Below are positions 29,413 through 40,365 of a stretch of 64,000 bases of DNA, in pieces; within the stretch, counting starts at the first letter, position 1, and the number at the start of each line of letters is the position of its first letter. The notes below the pieces were generated by a model. The model was not told the origin of the DNA, ran no database searches, and was given only the letters and a program-made list of their open reading frames with translations. The stretch comes from Alphaproteobacteria bacterium (lineage in GTDB: Bacteria > Pseudomonadota > Alphaproteobacteria > SP197): NCBI GenBank assembly GCA_964291265.2, contig OZ219746.1, positions 64,001 to 128,000 of the forward strand, written 5' to 3'. The position numbers were made by a program, and so were the translations under genes.

Positions 29413-31014
29413 ATGAGCCGCCGCCGTCTTCCGATCGGGATCCAGGACTTTCCGACGATTCGCAGCGAGGATTTCTACTACGTCGACAAGACTTCGCTCG
29501 TCCGGCGTCTTGTGAACGAGGGGCGCCACTACTTCCTGTCGCGTCCGCGCCGCTTCGGCAAGAGCCTGCTGCTCGACACCTTGGGATCGCTGTTTGCCTG
29601 CCACGAACCCCTGTTCCGGGGACTCGCCATCCACCCCCACTGGGACTGGTCCTCGCCGCATCCGGTGGTACGGCTGAGCTTCGGCGGGAAGTACAACGAA
29701 CCCGGGGACATCGAGCGCAACATCCTGACCCAACTCGAACTGGTCGAACGCCATGCCGGGCTCCCGCCCGCTGCCTGCAGGGCCGGACCGGAACGCCTTC
29801 TCGACATCCTCGACCGCCTGCACGGCGCCACCGGCCGGCAGGTGGTGGTGCTGGTGGACGAGTACGACAAGCCGGTCCTCGACATGCTTCACGATCCCGG
29901 GCTTGCGAGGGCGAACCGGGACTACCTGCGCGGCTTCTACGGCATCGTCAAGGACAGCGCCGAACACGTCCGCTTCGTCTTCGTTACTGGTGTCAGCATG
30001 TTCTCCAAGGCCAGTGTGTTCTCAGGCCTCAACAACCTGAAGGACATCAGCCTCGATCCGCGCTTCGCCACGATCTGCGGCTACCGCGAGGAGGATCTCG
30101 ACCGTGTGTTCGGGCCTGAGCTTGTCGGACTGGACCGCGAGAAGGTCCGCACCTGGTACAACGGCTACCACTGGCGGGGCGGGGAGCGGGTCTACAATCC
30201 CTGGGATGTGCTCCTGTTCCTGCGGAACCGCGAGTTCCGTCCCTACTGGTTCGAGACCGGATCGCCGGACTTCCTGTTCCGCATGCTGATGGAGAAGTCG
30301 GTGAGCCCGATGGAGCTGGAGGGGCGGCTGGCGGGCACGTCCCTGGTCTCGAAGTTCGATGTCGACGACATCGCCATCGAGGCGCTGCTCTTCCAGACCG
30401 GCTACCTGACCATCGCGGGGGAGGAGAAGCAGGGCCACAGGACCCTCTACCGGCTGGACTATCCCAACCTCGAGGTCCGGCTCAGCCTCAACGACGAACT
30501 GCTTGCCTGGCTGGGCAGGCAGGGGGTCGAGCCGCTGGAGCGGGGCCGCGAGTTCTGCGCCCTGCTTGAGGCGAACGACTTCGCCGGCTTCGGCGAGAAG
30601 CTTCGCGCCTGGCTTGCGGGCATTCCCTACCAGTGGCACGCGAAGGGCGACCTGGCGCGCTACGAGGCCTGGTATGCGAGCCTTCTCTACATGTGCCTGC
30701 GTTCGGTCGGGGTGGACTTCGACGTGGAGGAGGCCTCGCACCGCGGCCGTGCGGACATGGTGGTGCGCCTCGGCGGTCAGGTCTTCGTGCTGGAGTTCAA
30801 GATGGCCGAGGGCGAGGGGGACGGCGCTGCGGCGCTGGATGCGGCGCTGGCGCAGATGCGCGAGCGTGGCTATGCCGAGACCTGCCGCGACCACGGCGGC
30901 CCGGTCCACCTCGTCGGCGTGGCCTGCGGACGCGAGGCGCGCAACCTCCTCGACATCCGCGCCGAGACCTGCATGAGCGACGCCCGCGAACGCCTGCCTG
31001 ACACCACGAAGTGA
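29413..31014 (+). CDS. AAA-ATPase-like domain plus PD-(D/E)XK nuclease (copy 2)
   Basis: Same motifs as 3805-5370; roughly 90% similar by eye; also shares ~140 bp of upstream sequence starting CCCTTGCTCATGGACAGGCAGGCGGATAG. Confidence 0.9.
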   Translation: MSRRRLPIGIQDFPTIRSEDFYYVDKTSLVRRLVNEGRHYFLSRPRRFGKSLLLDTLGSLFACHEPLFRGLAIHPHWDWSSPHPVVRLSFGGKYNEPGDIERNILTQLELVERHAGLPPAACRAGPERLLDILDRLHGATGRQVVVLVDEYDKPVLDMLHDPGLARANRDYLRGFYGIVKDSAEHVRFVFVTGVSMFSKASVFSGLNNLKDISLDPRFATICGYREEDLDRVFGPELVGLDREKVRTWYNGYHWRGGERVYNPWDVLLFLRNREFRPYWFETGSPDFLFRMLMEKSVSPMELEGRLAGTSLVSKFDVDDIAIEALLFQTGYLTIAGEEKQGHRTLYRLDYPNLEVRLSLNDELLAWLGRQGVEPLERGREFCALLEANDFAGFGEKLRAWLAGIPYQWHAKGDLARYEAWYASLLYMCLRSVGVDFDVEEASHRGRADMVVRLGGQVFVLEFKMAEGEGDGAAALDAALAQMRERGYAETCRDHGGPVHLVGVACGREARNLLDIRAETCMSDARERLPDTTK

Positions 31015-31232
31015 TCCATTCCGGATCCTTGCACCGAACCATACCCGGCCGATGCGGTCGTCCCGTGCGTCGCGGCTTCACCACGCTGTCCGGGGCCTTT
31101 CAACTGGGACGGATCCTCCGGGCGCTCCATTTCCGGGGTGACTCCTGGCGATTCGCGGCGGCATCAGGGATCTTGTAGCCGGGAATCCGGACGCCGGGCG
31201 AGCGGCTGGTGTTCCCGCTCCCGGCAGGCTTC

Positions 31233-31560
31233 TCAAGTGGGGTGGATGGGAGCCGCCTTCAGGCGGTGCGTCTTTTTAGTCGTTGGGCCCGTGCCTGCCT
31301 GTGCAGCAGCCCGGTGCAGTGGACAGCGAAGGCCGCCATGGACAGCGCCGTCATCCGCGCAAGGCCGTCCGCCCCATGGGATCAGGACCCGGTCCATGCC
31401 GCGTGGCTCGAGACCGTTGATCGCGGACTCCACGGACGGATGCCGCCGGCGCATCTCCCGGAATGTCGGGTCGGCCTCCCGTTCCCGGTCCGCCCGGGCG
31501 GACTTTCCCTTGTTCGGCAGCGCGTCGTGATCCAGCAGTTCGTTCAACGTGATCCGCTTG
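31233..31560 (-). pseudogene. Transposase C-terminal remnant (IS5/ISNCY-like)
   Basis: LPNKGK..ADREREADPTFREMRRRHPSVESAINGLE..GMDRV. Confidence 0.6.
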
Positions 31561-31589
31561 GAGGGGATGGGGAACCCCTGCCTGGAAAG

Positions 31590-33256
31590 GGGTGTAGTTC
31601 TCGTATGGCGAAGCCAAGTCATTGATTTATCACGGTTGTGCGTTCGCGATGGAACGGCGAAAACGGGGTTTCGTGACAATTGCCCGTTTCAGGGCCGGAT
31701 TTTGTCACGACAGCAGGGCTTGGCGGTGGATGCGGGAACGCTCCGCACCGCAAGATGCGATATGATGCTAGCTTGAAACCACAACATCAGGAGCGCTCCC
31801 ATGTCAGTGTCACAGCTTCGGCCTTCCGCGTCCATCGATCTTTCCGGCTTGCCGCCTCGGGTTGTCGAGGCGGTCACGCAAGTGACCGCGGTGTGTCATC
31901 GACAGCTCGGTTCAGAGCGCTCTGCCGAGGCTTTCGAGGAAGCGGAGCGGCGGGTGCTTGAGAGCGTGCACGCGCTTGGCTGCGAGATCCTGGGTGCCTG
32001 TGCCGAGGCCCGGGACGACGGTGCGCCCCGGATCGAACGGGACGGGCAGAACTGGTTCCGTGTGGCGCCGACGCCGAAGACGATCATGACCTCGCTCGGC
32101 CCGGTGACCTTTCGGCGTGCGCGCTATCGCACCGGCGGGCACTGCCGGTCGCTGATGCCGGTGGACGAAAGCCTGGGCCTCGTCGACGACGACCTGACAC
32201 GGCCGGCGGCTCAGCTTGGGCTGATGATGATGGTCCACTGCACGGCGCGGGAAGCGGAGGCGTTCTTCGGCAAGCTCGGCGCCATGACGCCGTCTGTGAG
32301 CACCTTGCAGCGCTTGAGCCTGACCATGCAGGAGCGTTGGGAACGTCTCGGCCCGCAGGCCCTGGATGGCATCCGGGAAGCCGAGGACATTCCGCAGGAC
32401 GCGGTCACCGCCTCGGTCTCGCTCGACGGCGTCATGGTGGCGCTGCGGGCCGGCGAGGACGGCCGTAGCGAGGCCTGCTGGCGCGAGGCGGCCTGTGGCA
32501 CAGTCTCCTTCCACGACGCCGACGGTGAGCGCCTGAAGACCGTCTATCTCGGCCGCATGCCCGAGCGCGGCAAGTGCACGCTGAAGGCGCAGCTGGCAAG
32601 CGAGGTCGCGCATATCAGGCGCAAGCGTCCCGAGATCAGGATCAGCGCCATCGCCGACGCCGCCGCCGACAACTGGACCTTCCTCTCTGGTCTTGATCCC
32701 GAGACCGAGGTGATCGACTTCTGGCATGCCTGCGAGCATCTGCGCGTGGTGGCCGATCATGCAGCGGCGCCCCACTGGTTCGAGAAGTACCGCGAGATCC
32801 TGCGTCACGACCCCCGCGGCATCGACAGGGTGATCCGGGCGCTGCGTCACCTTCGCGACACCGCCAAGCCGGCGGGCCGAGCCGACATCGACAGGGAACT
32901 GGCCTTCTTCCGCAAGCATCGCCACCGCATGCGCTACCACGCGCTGAAGCAACAGGGGATCGCCATCGGCTCGGGACTTGTCGAGGCGGCCAACAAGACC
33001 CTCGTCACACAGCGCATGAAGCGCTCCGGCATGCGCTGGCGCATCGTCGGCGGACAAGCCGTTCTCACCTTCCGCGCCCTCATCAAATCCGGCCGCTTCG
33101 AAAGCGCGTGGACCGCCATGATCGAGGGCGACAACGCACCAGCCAACGACAACATCAGCCCACATCACACCCCGGCGCTGGCCGCATGAGATGAAACAAT
33201 GGAACTAAGTCCATAACTTAAGACCATAACATAACTGCCATACTAAACTCACACCC
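31590..33256 (+). mobile_element. ISKra4-family (IS256/Mutator-like) insertion sequence, 1667 bp
   Basis: Imperfect IRs GGGTGTAGTTCTCGTATGGC / GCCATACTAAACTCACACCC; 8-bp TSD CTGGAAAG at 31582-31589 and 33257-33264. Confidence 0.88.
31801..33189 (+). CDS. ISKra4-family DDE transposase
   Basis: SLDGVMV; IADAAADNW; DFWHACEHL; IGSGLVEAANK..QRMKRSGMRW. Confidence 0.9.
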   Translation: MSVSQLRPSASIDLSGLPPRVVEAVTQVTAVCHRQLGSERSAEAFEEAERRVLESVHALGCEILGACAEARDDGAPRIERDGQNWFRVAPTPKTIMTSLGPVTFRRARYRTGGHCRSLMPVDESLGLVDDDLTRPAAQLGLMMMVHCTAREAEAFFGKLGAMTPSVSTLQRLSLTMQERWERLGPQALDGIREAEDIPQDAVTASVSLDGVMVALRAGEDGRSEACWREAACGTVSFHDADGERLKTVYLGRMPERGKCTLKAQLASEVAHIRRKRPEIRISAIADAAADNWTFLSGLDPETEVIDFWHACEHLRVVADHAAAPHWFEKYREILRHDPRGIDRVIRALRHLRDTAKPAGRADIDRELAFFRKHRHRMRYHALKQQGIAIGSGLVEAANKTLVTQRMKRSGMRWRIVGGQAVLTFRALIKSGRFESAWTAMIEGDNAPANDNISPHHTPALAA

Positions 33257-33260
33257 CTGG

Positions 33261-33285
33261 AAAGCCGCCGTGACGTACCGGCGGC
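33261..33285 (-). terminator. Probable terminator of the tRNA gene
   Basis: 7-bp stem GCCGCCG/CGGCGGC with 8-nt loop followed by TTT on the minus strand, just downstream of the tRNA CCA. Confidence 0.5.
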
Positions 33286-33306
33286 GGGTGCGAATCCGAC
33301 GCCAGG

Positions 33307-33383
33307 TGGCGCACCCGGCAGGACTCGAACCTGCGACCCCAGGATTAGGAATCCTGTGCTCTATCCAGCTGAGCTACGGGTGC
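33307..33383 (-). tRNA. tRNA-Arg (anticodon CCT)
   Basis: GCACCCG/CGGGTGC acceptor stem; anticodon arm CAGGA-TTCCTAA-TCCTG; GGTTCGAGTCC T-arm; encoded CCA; 77 nt. Confidence 0.96.
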
Positions 33384-33486
33384 CCATTGCAACATGGCCT
33401 GTCTACCAGAGAGATCGACAGGGTGCCACCGTCCGTGTTTTGCTGTGACATGGCGGACTGTAGGATGACCTGTGGAGGGGATCGTC

Positions 33487-36400
33487 ATGCGGCAGCGGGA
33501 CCATCACCAGTTGACGGAACGCATCGACGAGGTGGTGCGTTTGGTGCGAAGCGGTTTCGTGGCCGAGGCCGATCACGTGGTCCGGTTCACGAAGAATTTC
33601 CTTGGCGGGGTCATTGCCGAGGACATCGACGGCGTGTCGACGGAGAACCTCTACGGAGAGGTGGCTTCCCTGTGGCAGTTCTTTCGCCACCGCCGCGTCG
33701 GCGGGGCGAAGGTCCGGGTGTTCGATCCGGACCCCGAGGAGGACGGCTGGCAGTCGACTCACACGGTGATCGAGATTGTCAACGACGACATGCCGTTCCT
33801 CGTGGACTCCGTGGTTGCCGCACTCAACGTACTCGGGGTCCCGGTGCTGCTGCTCATACACCCGGTGATTCATGTCACCCGTGACGGTGAGGGCGTCCTG
33901 ACCGGGATAGACAGCGGACCGGCAGAATCCGTTCTTCACGTCGAGATCACCCAGCAGCCCGTGGAACGTCATCGGGAGATTGCCGAACGGCTGCATCACG
34001 TCCTTGGCCAGGTCCGCGCCGCGGTCGAGGACTGGCATTCCATGGTGGCGTGTCTCGAACGCCACACGGCGGCACTCAAGGCGGCGCCGCCACGCGTGCC
34101 GGCAGGAGAACTTGAGGAAGGTCTTGCCTTCCTGAAGTGGCTGCTGGACGACCATTTTACCTTTCTCGGATACCGGGAGTACCGTTTCGAAAGACGTGAT
34201 GGCGAGGTGTTTGCCCATATCGTGGAGGAGGAGAACCGCGGCATCCTGCGTGAGGTCACCGAGGAAAGCCGCAAGCGTCACGAAGAGGCCTTGCCCCAAC
34301 ACTTCGTGCAGTACCTGGAACACCGGCAGCTCTTCATCATTTCCAAGGCATGGACCCGTTCGGACGTTCACCGGCCGGTCTTCATGGACTACATCGGGCT
34401 GCGCCGATTCAACGGCGCGGGCGAGGTCGTCGGCGAGTACCGCTTCCTCGGTCTGTTGACATCGACCGCCTACCACACCTCGCCATCCCAGATCCCCCTG
34501 TTGCGACGGAAGGTCGCGATGGTGATGGAGCGTTCGGGAGTCACCCCGGGCAGCCACAATGCCAAGGCGCTGGAACACATCCTCGACACGTTTCCGCGCG
34601 ACGAACTGTTCCAGATCGATATCGACACCCTCGAATCCTTCGCCCGCGGCATCCTGCACCTCGAACATCGCCAGCGCATCCGCCTCTTCCTGCGACGGGA
34701 TTCCTATGGCCAGTTCGTCTCCTGCCTCGTCTACATCCCCCGTGAACGTTATTCCACCGGTCTGCGCCACCGGATGGAGGCCATCCTTCTCGAGGAACTC
34801 AATGGCAGTTCAGTGGACGTTCAGACCCAGGTGTCCGATGCGCCGATGGCCCGGGCCCAGTTCATCGTTCACACCCCGGACAAGGACAAGGTCGAAGGCG
34901 AACCAGGCGCCATCGAAAAGCGACTCGCCGCAGCGTCACGGACCTGGGACGACAATCTCCAGGATGCACTGACCGAGGAGTTCGGCGAGGGCCGGGGAGC
35001 CGTCCTCTTTCATCGCTACCGACCGGCGATTCCCGGTGGCTACAAGGAGATGTTCAGCACCCGCCTCGCAGTCGCCGACATCCAGCGCATGGAAACCATG
35101 GGTGACGATGATATCGCGATGAACCTCTATCGCCGTGTCGACGCCGCCGAAGGAGACCTCAACTTCAAGGTCTATCACCGCGGATCAGCGGTGCCGTTGT
35201 CGGGAATCATGCCCATGCTCGAACACATGGGCATGGTGGTCATCGAGGAAGCGCCCTACGAGATCCGCCCTGACGACAGAACGGTGATCTGGATTCACGA
35301 CTTCCGGGTCCAGCTCGAACACGGTTGGCCGGTCGACGTTGCGGAGGTGCGTCAGCGCTTTCACGAGACCTTTGCGCGGGTGTGGTCCGGCGAGATCGAG
35401 GACGACAACTTCAACGATCTCGTCCTCGTCGGCCTCGAATGGCGCCAGGTGGTCATCCTGCGCGCCTATGCCAAGTACCTCATGCAGATCAACGCGCCCT
35501 TCAGCCAGGCCTATGTCGAGCAGACCATGGCGGCGAACCCTGTCATCGTGCGCCTTCTCGTCGATATCTTCGAGACGAAGTTCGATCCCGACAGGCAGGT
35601 CAGGGCTCACGTGCGCGAAACCACCCTGCGCGAGCGCATTCTCGAAGCGCTCGAAGGCGTCGAGTCCCTGGATCAGGACCGCATCCTGCGCCGCTATCTC
35701 AACCTGATCGAGTCGACGCTGCGCACCAACTTCTACCAGACGGATGCCACCGGCGCCCTGAGGTCCTCCGTTTCCTTCAAGTTCGACAGCCAGGCCGTTC
35801 ACGGCCTGCCGGAACCTCGGCCATGGCGGGAGATCTTTGTCTATTCGACCAGGGTCGAGGCCGTTCATCTGCGCGGTGGACCGGTGGCGAGGGGCGGTAT
35901 CCGCTGGTCCGATCGCCTCGAGGACTTCCGTACCGAGGTCCTGGGCCTGGTGAAGGCGCAGATGGTGAAGAATGCGGTGATCGTGCCCGTGGGCTCCAAG
36001 GGGGGCTTTGTCGTCAAGAGGCCACCCCCGGCCAGCGCCGGGCGCGATGCCCTGCAGGCCGAGGGCATCGCCTGCTACCGGACGTTCATGGCCGCCATGC
36101 TTGATGTCACCGACAACATCACCGGTGGCCACGTTGTCTCGAGGGAGCGGCTGATTCGCCATGACGACGACGACCCCTACCTCGTGGTTGCCGCCGACAA
36201 GGGCACGGCAACCTTCTCGGATATTGCCAATGACGTGGCTGCCAGCTACGGCCACTGGCTCGGTGACGCCTTCGCATCGGGAGGATCGGCCGGCTACGAC
36301 CACAAGGCGATGGCGATCACGGCAAAGGGGGCATGGGAGGCCGTTCGCCGCCATTTCCGCGAAATCGGCAAGGACGTCGAGCGCGAGGATTTCACGGTCA

Positions 36401-38280
36401 TCGGCATCGGTGACATGATGGGCGACGTGTTCGGCAACGGCATGCTGCTGTCCCGTCACATCCGCCTCATCGGCGCCTTCAATCACATGCACATCTTCAT
36501 CGATCCGGATCCGAACGCCGAAACCGGCTGGAAGGAACGCAAGCGTCTGTTCGATCTTCCCCGGTCAACCTGGGCCGACTATGACACCGGTTGCCTGAGC
36601 GAAGGCGGCGCCGTCTATGAGCGCAGCGCCAAGTCGGTCACCCTGTCGCCCCAGTGTCGCAAGGCGCTTGGTATTGCCGAGGAGACGCTGACGCCTGCGG
36701 AACTCATCCACGCCATGCTGAAGGCCGAGGTCGAGTTGCTGTGGAACGGCGGCATTGGCACCTATATCAAGGCAGCCCGCGAAAGCCACGCCAGTGTCGG
36801 CGACCGGACCAACGACAGCGTTCGCGTCAATGGTCGCGAGGTGGGTGCCCGGGTGGTGGGTGAGGGTGGCAATCTCGGCGCCACCCAGGCCGGGCGCATC
36901 GAGTACGCGCTCGCCGGCGGACGAATCAACACGGATGCCATCGACAACTCCGGCGGCGTCGACTGCTCGGACCACGAGGTCAACATCAAGATCCTGCTTG
37001 GCGATATCGTCGAGGCTGGCGACATGACGGTCAAGCAGCGTGACCGCCTTCTGGAAAGGATGACCGGCGAGGTGGCCGGACTCGTCCTGCGCAGCAACTA
37101 CCTGCAGACCCAGGCGTTGTCGGTGGCCGAGGCTCAGGGTCCGGCGCTGATCGAGGAACTGGTGCGTCTGATGCGGGCGCTGGAGCACAAGGGCCTTCTC
37201 GACCGCAGGATCGAGGGTCTGCCCGACGACGAGGAACTGGGCGAATGGCGCGCCAGGGGCCGGAACTTCACACGCCCCGAACTTTGCGTGTTGCTGGCCT
37301 GGGCCAAGATGGATCTCTACGCGGAACTTCTTGGTTCGAATCTGCCCGATGATCCGGACCTGCAGGATGATCTGGTCACCTATTTCCCGGTTCCTCTCAG
37401 AAAGGATCACCACGAGCGGATCCGCGATCACAGGCTGCGCCGCGAGATTGTCGCCACGCTCACCACCAATTCCATCATCAATCGCGCCGGCATCACCTTC
37501 GTGCGCCGCCTGGCGGAGGAAACGGGTCACGGTTTCGCCGACATCGCCCGTGCCTATACGGTGGCCCGTGATTCCTTCTCGCTGCGTGAGATCTGGATCG
37601 GCATCGAGGCGCTCGACAACCAGGTTCCCGCCCACGTTCAGTCGGCGATGCTGAACGAGACCATTCTCCTCATTGAGCGGGTCACGGTATGGATGCTCCA
37701 TCACCGTCAGCATCCGATGGCGATCGGAGAGACAACACGCGCCTTTCGCCCCCAGGTCATGGCGCTGAGGGACAATCTTCCCGACCTGGTCAGCAAGCGG
37801 CGCCGGAAATCGATCGGGAGGGCTTACAGGCGCTTTGCCAAGGAAGGTGTGCCCGACGACATCGCCGCGCCGGTGGCGAACCTGCGCACGCTCGCATCGG
37901 CATGCGACGTCATCGAGACGGCCAATGTCATGGAGATCGACGTGATCGACGCCGCCACGGTCTTCTTCGAGGTCGGCGAGACCTTTGGCGCCGACTGGAT
38001 GCGCGATGCGCTGGCGCGCCTGCCGGTGGACAACCGCTGGGATCGTCTCGCCAGGCAGGCTCTCGTCGAGGACAGCTACCTCAAGCAGCGCCGCATCAGC
38101 CTCGCTGTCCTGGCCACGGGCGAGCCCGCACCCGCAGCCACGGCCTGCTGGATCAGGGACAACCAGGCCCGCGTCGCCCGGGCGGGTGCGATCATGAGTG
38201 ATCTCAAGAGCGCTGATTCTCCCGGCAGCTTCGCCATGGCCTCGGTCGCCGCCCGCGCTCTCGCCTCCCTCGCGGAGTGA
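33487..38280 (+). CDS. gdhB: Large NAD-specific glutamate dehydrogenase
   Basis: ~1600 aa; DDMPFLVDS; ARGGIRWSDR; KNAVIVPVGSKGGF; YLVVAADKGTATFSD; NTDAIDNSGGVDCSDHEVNIKI. Confidence 0.96.
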   Translation: MRQRDHHQLTERIDEVVRLVRSGFVAEADHVVRFTKNFLGGVIAEDIDGVSTENLYGEVASLWQFFRHRRVGGAKVRVFDPDPEEDGWQSTHTVIEIVNDDMPFLVDSVVAALNVLGVPVLLLIHPVIHVTRDGEGVLTGIDSGPAESVLHVEITQQPVERHREIAERLHHVLGQVRAAVEDWHSMVACLERHTAALKAAPPRVPAGELEEGLAFLKWLLDDHFTFLGYREYRFERRDGEVFAHIVEEENRGILREVTEESRKRHEEALPQHFVQYLEHRQLFIISKAWTRSDVHRPVFMDYIGLRRFNGAGEVVGEYRFLGLLTSTAYHTSPSQIPLLRRKVAMVMERSGVTPGSHNAKALEHILDTFPRDELFQIDIDTLESFARGILHLEHRQRIRLFLRRDSYGQFVSCLVYIPRERYSTGLRHRMEAILLEELNGSSVDVQTQVSDAPMARAQFIVHTPDKDKVEGEPGAIEKRLAAASRTWDDNLQDALTEEFGEGRGAVLFHRYRPAIPGGYKEMFSTRLAVADIQRMETMGDDDIAMNLYRRVDAAEGDLNFKVYHRGSAVPLSGIMPMLEHMGMVVIEEAPYEIRPDDRTVIWIHDFRVQLEHGWPVDVAEVRQRFHETFARVWSGEIEDDNFNDLVLVGLEWRQVVILRAYAKYLMQINAPFSQAYVEQTMAANPVIVRLLVDIFETKFDPDRQVRAHVRETTLRERILEALEGVESLDQDRILRRYLNLIESTLRTNFYQTDATGALRSSVSFKFDSQAVHGLPEPRPWREIFVYSTRVEAVHLRGGPVARGGIRWSDRLEDFRTEVLGLVKAQMVKNAVIVPVGSKGGFVVKRPPPASAGRDALQAEGIACYRTFMAAMLDVTDNITGGHVVSRERLIRHDDDDPYLVVAADKGTATFSDIANDVAASYGHWLGDAFASGGSAGYDHKAMAITAKGAWEAVRRHFREIGKDVEREDFTVIGIGDMMGDVFGNGMLLSRHIRLIGAFNHMHIFIDPDPNAETGWKERKRLFDLPRSTWADYDTGCLSEGGAVYERSAKSVTLSPQCRKALGIAEETLTPAELIHAMLKAEVELLWNGGIGTYIKAARESHASVGDRTNDSVRVNGREVGARVVGEGGNLGATQAGRIEYALAGGRINTDAIDNSGGVDCSDHEVNIKILLGDIVEAGDMTVKQRDRLLERMTGEVAGLVLRSNYLQTQALSVAEAQGPALIEELVRLMRALEHKGLLDRRIEGLPDDEELGEWRARGRNFTRPELCVLLAWAKMDLYAELLGSNLPDDPDLQDDLVTYFPVPLRKDHHERIRDHRLRREIVATLTTNSIINRAGITFVRRLAEETGHGFADIARAYTVARDSFSLREIWIGIEALDNQVPAHVQSAMLNETILLIERVTVWMLHHRQHPMAIGETTRAFRPQVMALRDNLPDLVSKRRRKSIGRAYRRFAKEGVPDDIAAPVANLRTLASACDVIETANVMEIDVIDAATVFFEVGETFGADWMRDALARLPVDNRWDRLARQALVEDSYLKQRRISLAVLATGEPAPAATACWIRDNQARVARAGAIMSDLKSADSPGSFAMASVAARALASLAE

Positions 38281-39185
38281 GCCAGGCCTTCCTCCTGGTC
38301 AGCCATCATGAGGATGCCGGCGCCTGGCGGCGGGAACTCCTCGCCCTGGTGCCGGACACGGACTTTCGCGTCTGGCCTGATTCCGCCGATCCCGCAGACA
38401 TCTCCGGAGAACCTTTCGCCGGATTCCCCAACCTTCGCTGCATCGTCTTTCTCGGTCACGGCGCTGGCGACCTGCTCGACCATCCAGCCATGCCCGAAGG
38501 CGTCGACATCGTCCGCCTGCAGGATCCGGGCCTCATCGGAGCCATGGTGGAGTATGTCGTCCTCCACGTTCCGCGCGACCTCAGGATGGAACGGCTCTAC
38601 CGCCGGCAGTAGCGGTCGCGTATGTGTGGCACCAGCACCTTCCCCGCCTCTCAAGGTGAAGTGCATGTCGGTGTCATGGGCCTCGGCTCGACAGGCAGCG
38701 CCATTGCCCGGGCCCTCGCGGACCTGCGTTTCAGGGTGTCGGGCTGGGCGAGGAGCGCACATGACCCTGAAGGCGTGACGTGCCTCCACGGCAGGACGCC
38801 CTTGCCGATTTCCTGAGCGATCTCGACTGCTGCGTCTCGACGCTTCCGCTCACCCGGGAAACGAGAGACCTCATCGATGCCACCACCATCGCCGCCACGA
38901 AGAAGGGGCTCATTTCATCCACATCGGCCGCGGCGCCACCGTGTCGAGGAGGACCTTCTTGCCGCCCTGGAGAACGGTCATCGGTCGGGCGCCACCCCGG
39001 ACGTCTTTCGCGCCGAGCCCCTGCCCCCGGATCATCCCTTCTGGTCCCATCCGGGTGTCACGGTCACACCCCACGAATCCGCCGGCCGCCTCGACGGCTC
39101 GCTCCCGGACATCGCCGGGACCTGGCGACGCCTCCTCGAGGGCCGGCCCTTCATCAATCTCGCCGATCCCCGAAAGGGCTGCTGA
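38277..39185 (+). pseudogene. ghrA: 2-hydroxyacid dehydrogenase (GhrA-like), frameshifted
   Basis: Pieces in several frames: DIVRLQDPG; VGVMGLGSTG; [12 protein letters not shown]; [25 protein letters not shown]. Confidence 0.8.
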
Positions 39186-39295
39186 GCAGGCACATGGGGT
39201 CGATTGCAAACTGTTCGGCTGCGGGGCAGGATTGGATGGCCGTCAACCGGGATTGTGCCCCATGCAGGCGGCGAGGGGAGGTCGAAGGGCACGGC

Positions 39296-40365
39296 ATGGC
39301 CAGGGGAACACCCAGGAAACAGCAAGGCGGCGCGTCAGCAGGGCGGGACAGCGGCGCGACGACCGGCCATGAGGCCGAGCTGCGGGCGATGGCCGATGCG
39401 CCGCGCGGCTCGACGGACGCGGCGGAATACAAGCATGTCGTTCCTGGCCTGATCTTCCTGAAATACATTTCCGACGCCTTCGAGGCGCGCCATGCGGCGG
39501 TGCTGGCCGAATGGGGCGTCGACGCCGCCGAGGACCGTGACGAAAACACGACCGAGAACATCTTCTGGGTGCCGCCGGACGCCCGCTCAGGGCATCTGAA
39601 GGAGCAGCGCGGCAGCCGACCGCGGGCCAGGCGGTGGACGAGGCGATGGCGGCGGTCGAGCGGGACCATCCCGCGCTCGAAGCCGTGCTGCCGAAGGACT
39701 ATGCCCGTCCGGCCCTCGACAAGCAGCGGCTCGGCCAGCTCATCGACATGATCGGCAACATCCGGGCAGGCGATGCGGAGGCCCGCTCGCGTGATGTGCT
39801 GGGCCGGATCTGCGAGTATCCTCTTCCGGTTCGCGAACGCCGAAGGCAAGAAGGGCGGCAAGTTCTACACTCCGCGCCGCGTCGTTCGGCTGCTGGTCGA
39901 GATGCTGGAGCCGTATCGGGGGCGGGTTTATGACCCGTGCTGCGGCTCGTCCGGCATGGTCGTGCAGTCGGTTGAATTCATCCGCGCCCATGCCACCGGC
40001 AACGGCAATGGCGGCAGGGCACACGGCGATATCTCCATCTGGGGTCAGGAATTCAACTACACGACATGGCGGCGAAGATGAACCTCGCCATCCGCGGCAT
40101 CGAAGGACGCATCGCCCATGGCGACGGCTTCCACAACGACCGCCACCCCGACCTCAAGGCCGACTTCATCCTCGCCAATCCGCCATTCAATGTGAAGGAC
40201 TGGGGCGGCGAACGTCTGGTCGACGACAGGCGCTGGCCATACGGGACCCTACCGCCGCGCAACGCCAACTTCGCCTGGGTGCAGAACATGGTCCACCATC
40301 TGGCGCCCGGCGGCACGGCGGGGATCGTGATCGCTGCTGAGAAGATAGTCGGAGAGGTTGCGTGA
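39296..40365 (+). pseudogene. hsdM: Type I RM methyltransferase subunit, frameshifted and 3'-truncated
   Basis: [18 protein letters not shown]; NIFWVP; KGGKFYTPR; [10 protein letters not shown]; ILANPPFN, spread across different frames. Confidence 0.88.

Noticed and set aside
29000-31230. IS66-type ends around nuclease copy 2
   Set aside because: No GTAAC.../...GTTAC termini or TSD found; similarity to copy 1 begins only at ~29274
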